DNA from: Pelomyxa schiedti
Taxonomy: Eukaryota; Protista; Evosea
Length of the DNA: 64,000 nucleotides
Reading direction: 5' to 3'
NCBI GenBank assembly: GCA_020536535.1
Contig: JAHLWZ010000851.1
Coordinates: forward strand, 11,134-75,133
Translations under genes and position numbers: made by a program
Shown here: piece by piece, positions 41,182 through 52,200 of the stretch
How positions within the stretch are numbered: position 1 is the stretch's first letter
Layout of the letters: each line of letters starts with the position of its first letter
Notes under the pieces: model-generated
The model's database searches: none
The model's input: only the letters and a program-made list of their open reading frames with translations
Told to the model about the DNA's origin: nothing

Positions 41182-42492
41182 CTAACAATACAATGAGAGA
41201 GGCTTCTCTGGCGACAGCCTCCAGGTGGGTTTTCCACCTGATTTCACCCACTTCACCTCCACATCACCAATTTTCAGGCTGGTGGTAACATCAAAGATGC
41301 CAAAACTCACTGCAAACGTGGTTCCAGCCTCAGGCACCGGCACCAACGGTTGGTACTGTGGCCTCTCTGTGTAAGGCACAGCTGGGACGGCAATGATTCC
41401 AGTTGCTCTACCCAATTGCGGGTTGGATTGCAGTGGGCCAAATGAAGGGAATGACATGCACGGATTCGCCAAGTCCGCGACGTGGTAAACGTAGAGGGCG
41501 GTGCCTTTGTGCACGCAGACGTGTTCTCTGCCGACTACCTCGAGGAAGCAGGGGCGGGTGAAGGTGGTGGTTTTTCCTGTGCCGAGATTGCAAATGATGT
41601 GCTGGGTCCGGGTGCAGCTGATTGTGTACACGTCAGTACCCACGCACATGCAGAGTCCCGGACATAGCCCAGGGCAATCGCAGCCACAGGCACCGTCGGG
41701 AACGTCGATGACCCTCACCACGGAGAAAAGCCGGTTGGTGAAAGTCTGTTCCATATCCACGAATATCACGCAGGGGCCTCCCGGTTTCCTGAGCGCCGGA
41801 AACACAAGGGTGTTGCTCCTACTGGGATCCTCCCCTTCGAACGTGGGACCGTGCTGCAGCCTGTGCTGCAAATCGCGCAGCTCCAACTCTCCCCCTAGCT
41901 GGCCGCGGACGACTCTCCAGATACGCATCCCATAACTCCAGTGCAGCGCAATCCACATCGTGTTGCACACAGCAGATTCTATGCCGTCGTGGAGGGCGGG
42001 GACGGTGAGCCCCCCGGCGCCGTCGATGATGCTGTACCTGTTGGGCACTCGGTTGACGCGCTCCACGGCCAAGAACCGGTCGTGGCCCAGCGCCCCGAGG
42101 ATCCGCGGCCCCCGCGGGTCGTGCGCCAGGCGGCAGCCGCTGCGCACGACCCCGCCGGACTGGGACAGCCCCAGGAAGACGTGCACGAGAGCCTCCCTGT
42201 TTGGGGGCCGCGGGACGGCCGCCCGCAGGGTGAGGCCCAGCTCGCGGCAGACCCGGCAGACCCCGCACGCCCAGAGGGAGTGGAGGGGGTCCCTGAGCAC
42301 GGGTCGGGGGAGGTGCCGCACGGCGCTGCTGGCCCCGCAGCGGGGGACCAGGGCCCCTACAGCGAGGGCAAGGAACTGGGAGCGATGCACCTTGCAGTCC
42401 ACGGAAAACGACGCCGCTGCTTCGTACCTCCCGCCCCAGTCCCTGAGAGACCATGCGTCGTACAACGGGCCCGTCGGCTCAGGGCCAAACAT
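41182..42492 (-). CDS. Intronless 436-aa hypothetical protein, probably from a lineage-expanded family
   Basis: Long GC-rich ORF with N-terminal motif RSQFLALAVGALVPRCGASSAVRHL and a beta-rich remainder. Confidence 0.6.
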   Translation of the reverse strand: MFGPEPTGPLYDAWSLRDWGGRYEAAASFSVDCKVHRSQFLALAVGALVPRCGASSAVRHLPRPVLRDPLHSLWACGVCRVCRELGLTLRAAVPRPPNREALVHVFLGLSQSGGVVRSGCRLAHDPRGPRILGALGHDRFLAVERVNRVPNRYSIIDGAGGLTVPALHDGIESAVCNTMWIALHWSYGMRIWRVVRGQLGGELELRDLQHRLQHGPTFEGEDPSRSNTLVFPALRKPGGPCVIFVDMEQTFTNRLFSVVRVIDVPDGACGCDCPGLCPGLCMCVGTDVYTISCTRTQHIICNLGTGKTTTFTRPCFLEVVGREHVCVHKGTALYVYHVADLANPCMSFPSFGPLQSNPQLGRATGIIAVPAVPYTERPQYQPLVPVPEAGTTFAVSFGIFDVTTSLKIGDVEVKWVKSGGKPTWRLSPEKPLSLYC

Positions 42493-42552
42493 CCCGAATA
42501 AGATAAACCTGGTGGTGAACAGGTTGCGGCAGTTGTTTTTTTGTTTTGTCTC

Positions 42553-43656
42553 TTAGAAAGAAGAAAATGGGTCTTCTGTGGTGGCTGTAGTGGTAGCAGC
42601 GGGTTTTCCAGTGGCGCCGGCATTTTTGCACTCTTGGCACACTCGTTTCCCTTGTAGCATCCATCTTTTTGTTGGGAATAAAACGGTTAGTAGATACTGT
42701 GGGTAACTGTGTCGGAGGAATTGCATACTTGCATACAGCCTCGTTCCCGCACCTGGGGCATTTGGCAATACCCTCAGCAGCACGGGTAGCCTCCGCTTTG
42801 CGGGCAGCATGGCATGCCGGGCAATATTGCTTCATGTCCACCTCAAAGAACTTGGCCGGGTCTAGAATGGACATGCATTTTGCACAGGTGAAGCAGGTTA
42901 GGTGAACACGTTCATCGTGAAGAGTGAGGAACTCATTTTCAATGTGTTCACCACATCGGGCACAGGGTCTCTACGGTTGATATTAGATAGGACCGGTTTA
43001 TGGGTAGTGTTACTTACGCGATAGCAACCAGAGCACAGAAGCCTGCGTTCACGGTTCAAATACATGTCATCAGTAGTGACAAGGGATACTCCACATTTGG
43101 AACAGTTGTAGCACTGCCAATGCCATGCCAGACCTAGTAAGGAGTCACGAAATGAATACGAATGCCAAGCAAAAGGCTTGATGTACCAGCCATTTGGGCA
43201 ACATTGTCACTCTCCCCGATGGGTTGGGCACAGGAGTGGCACTTTTGGTTTGGATCTCTTTTAAGAGCATCATTGCCACAGGGTGGGCACAGTACTGTCT
43301 GGAAAATGAGTTTAGAAAACAGGCCAACCAACAGTCAATTAAAATTTCCAAGGGCACTGTACGAAAGTACGGTGCCAAAAAAAAAAAAAAAAATAATAAA
43401 TAAATAAAAAAGAAAAATACACACATTATTGAAGAGAACAAACTGTGCAGCTCCAATCAATACGTTACACTTGCTGCACAAGAAGCACTCGTGGTGCCAC
43501 TTCTGCGGAAATGTTTTAGTCAATTACGCCAGTTAAAAAAAGGGGGAAAGGAGGGTGGAATGATCTCGTGGATAACAAACAAACCTTGCCCACAGCCTCC
43601 ACAAACTTCGATGTAGGAGCGATCGGTAGGTTGCACTTTCCACACGTGGCCGCCAT
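42553..43656 (-). CDS. LIM-domain protein (three LIM domains)
   Basis: CGKCNLPI...KWHHECFLCSKC; CHSCAQPI...WHWQCYNCSKC; CARCGEHI...VHLTCFTCAKC...YCPAC. Confidence 0.88.
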
Positions 43657-43805
43657 TACGTTCGTTCGTTACGTTTAGTTTAATTCTTGGTTTTTTTTTT
43701 TTGTTTGTTTTGTGAAATTATTGTCCACTGAAGTGTCGGTTGCAAATCTGAAAGATTTTTTTTTCTTTTCATCCTATCAAGTCAACTTGACAGAAGGGTG
43801 CTGAT

Positions 43806-46800
43806 TTAATTTCGTTTGCTGAGGGTGATGTCGGAGCGTAGGGTGGTACAGGGAACAATTTCCTTGCTAATGGGAGTTCCTATGAGGGGTGATGTGTTGT
43901 GTGTTTCAAGCCATGTTTGGATAGAGCGGTGGTCATACAAAAACCTAGGGAAGTTGTATCAGGATTTGGGTGGAAAGCGGGAGATTGATTACCAGTCACT
44001 GGCAAAAACGGGGTTCTCCATTTCTCTCCGGGACAATGGACAGATGTATTCAGGATAGTCCGGGCGTATGAGTGGAAGACCTTACGTTTGGTTGACGTGG
44101 TGAAAAAACTGTGTTTGGGGGCAAACCTGACAGTGTTTCTAAAACGGCCTTGGCCAAATCCTTGACTTTGAATAGCAAAGAGTTCGCGGCGGGCAACGGT
44201 ACTCCAAGAGTGAGGAGGTCTTTCTCTGTAAGGTGCAGTAGGGCCCAGCCAGGAAGATCAACTTGTTCGCAGATGGAATAAGGTAATTTCTGAGATTCCA
44301 GCCATTTATGAACCACAGTAGGTGACCATGTGCAAACGAGACGGGGATTAAGGTCATTTGACAATGTTTCAGTCATTGCAACAGCAAGAGGAGGAGAAAC
44401 TCGGATATAGCCTGTGTGGCGCAACAGCCAACTTGTGTGCATTAGAAGCTTGCGGTCCAGCAACTTGGTAACGCCAAGACCATCAAGTATTTGGTCGGTA
44501 ATTTTATTAAATTGAAGGCCATCGATTCCCTGTGCTTCAAAAGACTGCACATAAGCACTGAGGCCAATGTCACGTAAAATCATGGATATTTGTTGAGTGC
44601 TAAGTGCTGGTAGCTCCCCAACTTCTTCAAAGTTGCGTACTATCTTGGTTTTGTGTACTTGTGTAGCACGCATCAGATCTGCATTGGTCTTTAATGCTAT
44701 ATCTGCCTCTATCCTCATGGCCTGGCCAGCTTCGGTAATTTGAGTGCATAGATTCTCTGCAACAGACAAAGATTTCTGACAATCAGAAAGTTTCTCCTGG
44801 TCTGAAATTAATGCTTCCTGCAGCATACTTAATATTTCCTCTTTCTCGGCTAGCTGTTTCCGAAGATCTATTATCTGACCTCTTACTCGGTTAATACTTT
44901 CTCGTCTTTCTTCAATGTCACCAATCTGCTCATCAACCTCAGTAGCTCTCTTTTCTAGAGTAGACTGTGCGCGGTTTGAGGCTGCAGTGAGATGGTCGAG
45001 AGTTAGTAGGGCTGCCGTAGCTTTGGCTGTAGGACCAGTGCTGGTTGCATTAAGGAAAGAGTTCACAACTGGAGGCATTGTGAGCGTTGGTTGTAATATT
45101 GTTGTATCTGTGTTCAGTGTTTCAGTGAAGAAGTTCAGTGTAGTGGAGACGGCCTCAACAATTTCTTCCATTTTGGGTAGTACAGGGAGATTGGTTGCTT
45201 GTACTGCCACCCATGGAATGTGTTGTGGTGGAGGGGAGGGAGCACTCCGGAAGAGGCTATGTATTTCTGTGTTGGTTGAGTTGCTTAAACAATCAAGTGG
45301 TGTTTTTCCGCCGATATTCTGGTTGAAATGTAAGAGCATTGAAAGCATCCTTTGAATGATACTTTGATTCTGTAGTCACTGACACGCAGTAAAATCTGGA
45401 CCATTTTCGGTAGTTCCAACTTGCATGCAATATGTAGAGGAGTCTGATAATGGTAAAAACTATGTGTCACTTATTTGATACTTACGTCTCCCTACATGGA
45501 ATTAGAGGATAAAAAAAAGAATTATTCACTTACAAGCTGTGCATGTCCAGGGAAAAAAAGAGGTACAACAATTAATAAAGAAAAAATCAAATAGGTCACT
45601 TACTCCCTAAAGAGTGGTGTGAAATTGCTTGGCAACTAATGATGAACTTACGTTCTTCAAGCCAGAAAGGGAAAGGAAGAGTCCAAAAATTAAATTTGTT
45701 TTTTTAAAAAAAACAGTAAGTCCTCATTGAAGTGAGAATTACATACAATCTGGTGGAAAGTTAGAAGTTTTTATTATGTGTGGGAGTGTACCCCCTAAAA
45801 ATCAATAAAGAAGGTATTATCAGATCGTACAGAAACGAGAAAAATGTCAATAAATAAAAATAATGAAGATGCTGACAGACCCTCTGAAAGATTGTGAATG
45901 AAACTTAAAGAAAACGGGACATACAATCTGAACACAATCATTGATCAAGTTGACCAATGTCAAATGAGAACAAAAAAATAGATACAAGAAGAATTACCCG
46001 CTAGGAGAGGAAAAAAGGCATATGTTAGCATTAAAGAAATAAGAAGATGGCCTTACCATCTAAGTTGCCCAATAGAACCGAAGCAAGGGGGAAAAAAAAA
46101 AAAAACCTATCAGTAAGAAAACACCTTAGATCATACATACAATCTTTTAAGGAAGCCACCAGAATGAAGAAACGAATTAGTAGAAATAATAGAAATTGAT
46201 ATCATACTTCCTGAGGAAAAGTTAATTTAAAAAAAAAAGGAATATTTAACTTACTCCCTAATTGGTGTAGTAGAACCAATTCCTTTAATCAGAAAACATA
46301 CTATAAATCATGACATTACATACATACTTGAAAAGTGAGAAAAGAAGAAAAGGAGTTGAAAGCACACAGTCTGTTTGTTACAAATGGCAGCAAGTAGGCA
46401 AGAAGTGAGAAATTTAGGTCAAAAATCGAAGAAGGTACTTACTCCCTTAAAAAAAACCTGTTAAAAGGAGATAGATAGTGATGGCACATACAGGCTATGT
46501 GTTGGGCAGAGCAAAGAGAATAAGTTGTTTTGATAAGTTACAACAGAAAAAATTTAGTTGAGCATACTTTCTGCAGGAAAGAGAGTCAGAATACTGAAAA
46601 GACTAAAGAAGAGAATGAAATTGGCATACTATCTGAAGCAAACAGTTAAAAAACTAAAGTAAATGGGTATGGAAAGTACCTGCAGATTTGGATTTGCCCT
46701 AAACTTGAGGAGTAGTTCCACCATTTCTGGGAGATTTCGTGCTACAGCCACATGCAAATGGGTCTACTAAAATTAAAAAACCAAAAGAGTGGTTGTTGCA

Positions 46801-47043
46801 CAGTACCGATCCGCCCTGTAATCGCCAAAGGGAGGAGAAAGAAAAAGGTGTTATTGTGGCAAAAATAAAATCAACCAAAAAAAAAAAAAAAGAAAAGCTA
46901 AAGCAGAAACGCACTCTCATGTAGTCATCAGGGTCGACGTTACGCAGCAACCACCCGGTGACCTCCGAAAGATCGTTGTTCGCCACCGCATTGCACAACA
47001 AAAATCTGTTCTTTTGAAACACCGACTCTGAGATCCCGCTCAT
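43806..47043 (-). CDS. Ankyrin-repeat / coiled-coil / 2xSAM / U-box protein (putative E3 ubiquitin ligase) containing a microexon array
   Basis: Exons in order: 47043-46915 (43 aa); 46815-46807 (GGS); 46763-46680 (THLHVAVARNLPEMVELLLKFRANPNLQ); the microexon array; 45443-45363 (TPLHIACKLELPKMVQILLRVSDYRIK); 45318-~44127 (NIGGKTPL, coiled coil, SAM-like LRDIGLSAYVQSFEAQGIDG and WSPTVVHKWL...LLHLTEKDLLTLGV); then U-box PEYICPLSRREMENPVFASDWFLYDHRSIQTWLETHNTSPLIG. Confidence 0.87.
45486..46632 (-). other. Tandem array of 18 predicted 3-nt (single-codon) microexons plus one 6-nt microexon
   Basis: AG|NNN|GT units in transcript order: ATA 46630-32, AAA 46568-70, CCT 46492-94, GGA 46443-45, ACT 46368-70, TAT 46324-26, GGA 46255-57, GAA 46208-10, ATT 46141-43, ATG 46057-59, CGG 45998-46000, ATT 45925-27, AGG 45881-83, GGG 45792-94, ATT 45747-49, AAC 45652-54, GGA 45604-06, CTT 45534-36, then GGAGAC 45486-91. 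Introns are 41-92 nt and all phase 0. Confidence 0.85.
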
Positions 47044-47213
47044 TTTCCCCCTTCTTGTATTTTCGTTTCACTTCTCGCTCCCTACTACTCTCGTGCACAC
47101 GCAGCGGTATCAGGGCCTCACCACCTCGTTGATGGTTTTTTTTGTTGTTCTTTTTTCCTCCGGGAAACACAACAAAACAATGTTTTGCTAGGAGATTAGA
47201 TTAGATTAGGGCT

Positions 47214-49115
47214 TTAGTCCTTGGAGGCTGAGGCGTGTTCAAATGTAGTCGAGCTGTTGGATTCTGCAATAATTCTGGAGAGAGGTGATGTGGGTTTTGC
47301 CATCGTCCCCCCTGTTCCTGAGGTTGTTATGTCACTGATGAGGGCTGGGTGTTGTTGGTGTAGTGGTAGTTGGTGGTGTTCTTGCTTAGTAGAGCCAGCA
47401 GCGGCGGTGGGGCTAGACGGCAGGGGCAACTCCAGGGGCTCGCACCTGAGCAGGCTGCCGGCCGCGGCCCCCGTGGGCGCGTTGGGCGGCAGCGTCGGGC
47501 TCGCGGGCAGGTTGATGAGCGGCGGCAGGGTCACCCCGCTGTTGAAGATGAGGGACTGCGTGGTGGTGCGGGGCACCAGCGCAATCACCCCTGGGCTGTG
47601 GGCCCGCTGCGGCGGCGGGGGCGGCGGCGCCGCCGGGGTCGAAGCGGGGGGGGCCTGCTTGGTGCCGCAGCCGCCGCCCCCGCCGCCGCTGCTTTCCTCT
47701 TTGAGGGGACTGGAGTCGGGCAAGGACTTGGCGGTGGGCACGTGGATGCCGCCGGACGAAGGAGGGGGAGGCTCCATGGTCAGGCTTCCTCCCCTAATGC
47801 TCATGTTCATGGTCATGGTCATGGGGGGGAGGGCGGCGCTGTCCGGGAGCGGCAGGATTGGGGGGAATGGAGGGGAGGCTGTTGAGTTCTGCAACGGCAT
47901 GAGTATCTGGGGCAAAACCGGGGAGTTGGATTGTGGGTGTATGAGCTTGGATATGGAGTTCGAAGAGACCTGCGGCGGGTTCGGCAACGGCATCGTCGGC
48001 GCCGGCGCCGGCGCTTCACTTGCAGGAGGAGCTGTGACGGCAGTAGTTTCGGGCGGGGATGCTTGCTGGCGTTTCTTGCCCCTGGGCTTCGCATCCGCCT
48101 TTTTTCTCTTCGCAGTATTTGGTTGCTGAGGGGCTGCTGCGGAACTAGCTGTCGTGTGTGATGCGGCTTGGTCGTCAACGGCCTGTGTGACATCACCCTG
48201 TGCTGCATGCTCTTCTTTGGATTCACTGCTGGTGGGCTTTCTTTTACGTGATGTAGTACTTGCAGATTTGTGAGCCCTTTCTTTCTTTTCTGGTTTTTCA
48301 GAGGGGGGAGGCTCCGCAGGTGGGTCTGGAATTTTGTCTGCAATCTCGGAAAGGAAATCAAATAAAACGTTCGTTTTCAAGCACTCTTTCCTAAAGGCAT
48401 CCACAAACAAGCATTAATGATGTGTACAACATCAAATTAGCACATACAAGTGGGATGGTGCAATTGTATAGCTCTGATGACGTTGGGCTACAGCACACGC
48501 CTGCAGTACCAAATCACGTAAAAACAGTTCTACACATTTGGCTGTTGGATTTCTAGTTAGTTTGATGATAATATAAGTTGATATTTTAATCAGAAAAAGA
48601 TAATCTGAAAAATGAAAAAGCACTTACACACGAGAATCGGAGTTGCTGTGGCAAGTTTCCCAACATCTTCATCAGATTGCATAATTCTCTTAATTCTCGT
48701 CTGCCCAAGAAAGATCAGAAAGAGAACGAAAATGAACATAAAAGTTCAATCCACTCGAGATATCTCGCTATTATTATCGCATATCACCACGTAAAACAAC
48801 ATAAACAGAGCCAAAAATACACACCGACGGAAACGCCGTCACTCGCGACTTGCGGTGGTGGACCTCGTGCTCCTGGCTCGGCGTTTGTCCCATAATTGCC
48901 GGTGCCCCAGCCCCAGTAGGAGGCGGTGGCGGCTGCGTCGTTGTAGTAGTGGTGCTAGTCGTCGTGGTGGTGCTGCTCGCGACGGCAGCCGCCGTCGCCG
49001 TAGCCTCGCCCGCCGCGTCGGCTTTCGCCCCTCGCGTCCTGCGTCCCCTCGTAGCCGTAGCACCCGAGGCCGCAGCGTCGCTTTTTGCTCCACGTCCACC
49101 TCGTCCTCTTCTCAT
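47214..49115 (-). CDS. DRAP1: NC2 alpha / Dr1-associated corepressor (histone fold) with long Pro-rich tail
   Basis: FP..RIKRIMQSDEDVGKLATATPILV.KCVELFLRDLV...PSHLKECL...FDFLSEI. Confidence 0.85.
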
Positions 49116-49270
49116 TTTGTTTTCTGTTCGCCCGTTTTGATGTTCCTCTTAGCTTTTAAAAAAAAACAGAAAAAAAGGAAAGTTCTTTCGTTCCTTTTTG
49201 GAATTGGTTTTTGGTGGCACAAAGCTTGGAAGATGTTAGGTATCACACACTGCCGAGGAGCGGGGTCGTC

Positions 49271-52200
49271 TCAGTTGAGCTTTTGTTTTCTGGTCCTGTT
49301 GTTACCCTTTTTTGTGTTGTCTTTGGGGGGTTGTGGTTGGAGACCTGTGGTGGCGGGCGCGGCAACGAATTCAATCTCGTGATTGGCTGTGGTAGTATCC
49401 AGTGCGGCCAGTATGCCATTGACAGAAGTTGTTATCTCAAAGAGAACGCCGAGGGGCTCGAACCGCCATCCCACTTCGCCGTGCTCAACCCGCAGTGTGA
49501 TGTTGGGGTCTCCCTGCATTTGAATTGCTGTTAGTCAAGCAACGAAAGTACCACAAACACACGGCGGCTGCAATTCTTCGGAGGTTACTTAGCAATGTGG
49601 CATGGCATATACGCATGCTTTGTACGTCACCTTTTAGCGTATGTGTGGGAGGAGGGAGTTTGTTGGCATGATGTGAGTGCCAAAGAGATACAAACCAAAG
49701 TGAATTTCGGTACGGAAGTGAGAATCGGTATTCTTAAAGTCATGCGGGTTCATATAAGTGGGGCAAAGTTGCATTGGCAGCACAGCAACCCGAGCAAATC
49801 GCACAATGTTTGCACCAATGGTTGCTTAAATACAGTTGAGTCTCATACAACAAAAGACCCCACTTAGGGGAAATGGGTTACCTGACAAAACATCCCAGAG
49901 CTCATTACCAACCAAAGTCAGTTGGGCATGTTTTACCGTTAAATCTGTTGTAATTGACCTTGGAAAAAAGGACCAAGAAAGCATTACCTGCTTGTTTCCT
50001 GCCCTCTACATGGAAACTGAGACCATGGCCAGCAATGCGATGAGATAGTTGTGCAGTAACTTTTGTTACATGACAAACTGGTGTTGGATCGAGGACGGGA
50101 GCTGCCTTCCAGCTGGTCATTGAAGGTTAGAGGCTATTAAAGATGGAACTTATACCTTGACCGCACTATTTGGAGAGCCTGTATATACAAGAAACAGGAT
50201 ACAGGGATAACAATGAAGAATAGCCAGCGAATTCCAACTTTGTAAACAACAAAAAGAGGCCACGCACCCCAGATGGCAAGAATTGGGAACATAAGCAACT
50301 CCCCTTTTCAGTGAATTGGTTCCGCAATACAATTATCTTTGTGATACCCAAGAACAGAACTCTTCTAAAGCTGAAACACTTCATAGTAAGTTTCGCCAGA
50401 ATCATCCTATACATTCCCCACATCTTTCCGGAAAAGATTCTGCTCACCAGCCATACATAGCAACCAATTGGCTGGAATAGAGGGGCATGCTTTTCACTTA
50501 CTGGGTTGAAATTAGTTGGTATAAATTTGGTGAACTCTTCCTCACTTGTAAAAAACGACCAAAGGGCGGATATAACAATAGGCATCCAAGCGCATTGTAT
50601 GATTACAGTTTCCGGTGTAATCTGGTACATAAAACTTTGGATAGAAGAGACCGTTGGTATTTCACTGGGCAGTACAGTGCCAACACTATGAACGGTGTTA
50701 AATAGAAGAAGAATGAAAGGAAAAACCATATCGACAGTGTCTCACAATCGTGGTGGATTCTCCTGAAAGGTATGAAATTGAGAAGTTTCCATGTTGCCGG
50801 TGAATGTTACCCAATTAGATCCCAAATAGTTGTTCTAAATGGAGAGGACAGAAGAGTAGGAGCAAGCATCCATGTACAGCACAGCAGTAGGAAAATAGGT
50901 GTTGAAAAAATTTGTACAACCATACACACAGTCTCTATAATTCCGTAGAACATGGGAGGAGTAACTTGTTTTGGTGAAAAACAATGAAATAGAAAACTGG
51001 GATGTACAAAGCTTGATTTTTTCCCACAGAGGAGCACCGAAGGAAAGGAAAAACATTGGGATAAATACTAGAAGAGGTAAAGTCATAGATTATTTGAAGG
51101 GAGTGCTCACATAATGAAGCCACAATGAGTATAAAGATAAAACCACAGATAAGAATAAATGTCGCCACTGTAAGAGGTATCAAAGAATCCACAACTTCCC
51201 ATGTGGAATTGAGTAAACTTTGATCTTGTTTGTTTAGAAAAAGAGTAAGGCAATATGGTGAAAACCAGTTATGGCTCTTAGACCTATTGGGATAGAGTTT
51301 AAAAAGTAACCTAACAGTGTGTTAATTACCATGTGAGCAGAAATTATTGAAACTCTTTTCAGGTCCAGGTATTACTTCATACAAAATCTTGTGGAAGGGC
51401 ACACACATCCAACCCAGCAACTGCGTTGACAAAGGGTGAGAAGAGATTATTTTACTTGACAACTTACTTTAAGTGGCAGTAAAAGGAAATGAACAATGTG
51501 ATAAATAGTTGCTTCTACAGTCCTAGAAATCTCGAAACGAAACAGGGACATTGAGAATGGGAAAGAATCTAAACCGAATTCGGTTGAAGAAAGTGTGTAG
51601 GCCTACAGTCCCACAAAAACACAAAAGGTGAACAAGAAGAGCCGAGTTTGGGGTTTGACACTACCTTGCGATACATCAGGGAGAGTGATGTTGACTTTCT
51701 GTCTATTGCAGAAAAATGGATGTGGCAAATAGAAACCATGTGAACAAGCATTTTAAGCCCGTCGAAGATAGTGAGGAATGCAAATGGCAACAAAAGAAGT
51801 GAAAGTAGGTCCAGGAGTAAAAGAAGGATTGTCCTCGTGGATGCAAGATAATACGCTCTAGTCTACACACCAAACTTCAGTTCAGAGTTGAGGGACACAA
51901 AGATACCTTGCGGTATTCAGACCAGAAATCACCAATAATTGGGAATGATGAATAATAATGGTGCACAAGAAATACAAATGTATGGGCACGAATCAAAGTG
52001 CAAATATGGATGGTGGCTAGAATCATTAACAGTGAGTATAAAACGAAGAAAAGTGCCTGCTGTTGTTGCCACGATATCAAAAATCACAAGTCCACACATT
52101 CGCGCCATGCTCCACCTAATGGCCCACAGGTTTTTATCCTTTACAGAGTCAAAGGTTAAAACGGAATCGCCGCTGGTACCTTCTTTATTTCATATACAAG

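Noticed and set aside
46100-46130. AG|GT zero-length (recursive) splice-site candidates inside array introns
   Set aside because: Poor donor context and expected by chance; unsupported without RNA data.
46298-46300. Possible 19th 3-nt exon (TAG|TAT|GTTTTC)
   Set aside because: Weak donor and only a 23-nt intron to the neighbouring TAT exon, below the intron sizes seen in the array. It could at most be a mutually exclusive alternative, so it was not counted.
45486-46632. Interpretation of the regularly spaced motifs as a CRISPR-like or tandem repeat array
   Set aside because: The conserved parts are only splice donor and acceptor signals around a variable triplet, there is no long direct repeat, and the context is a eukaryotic gene.
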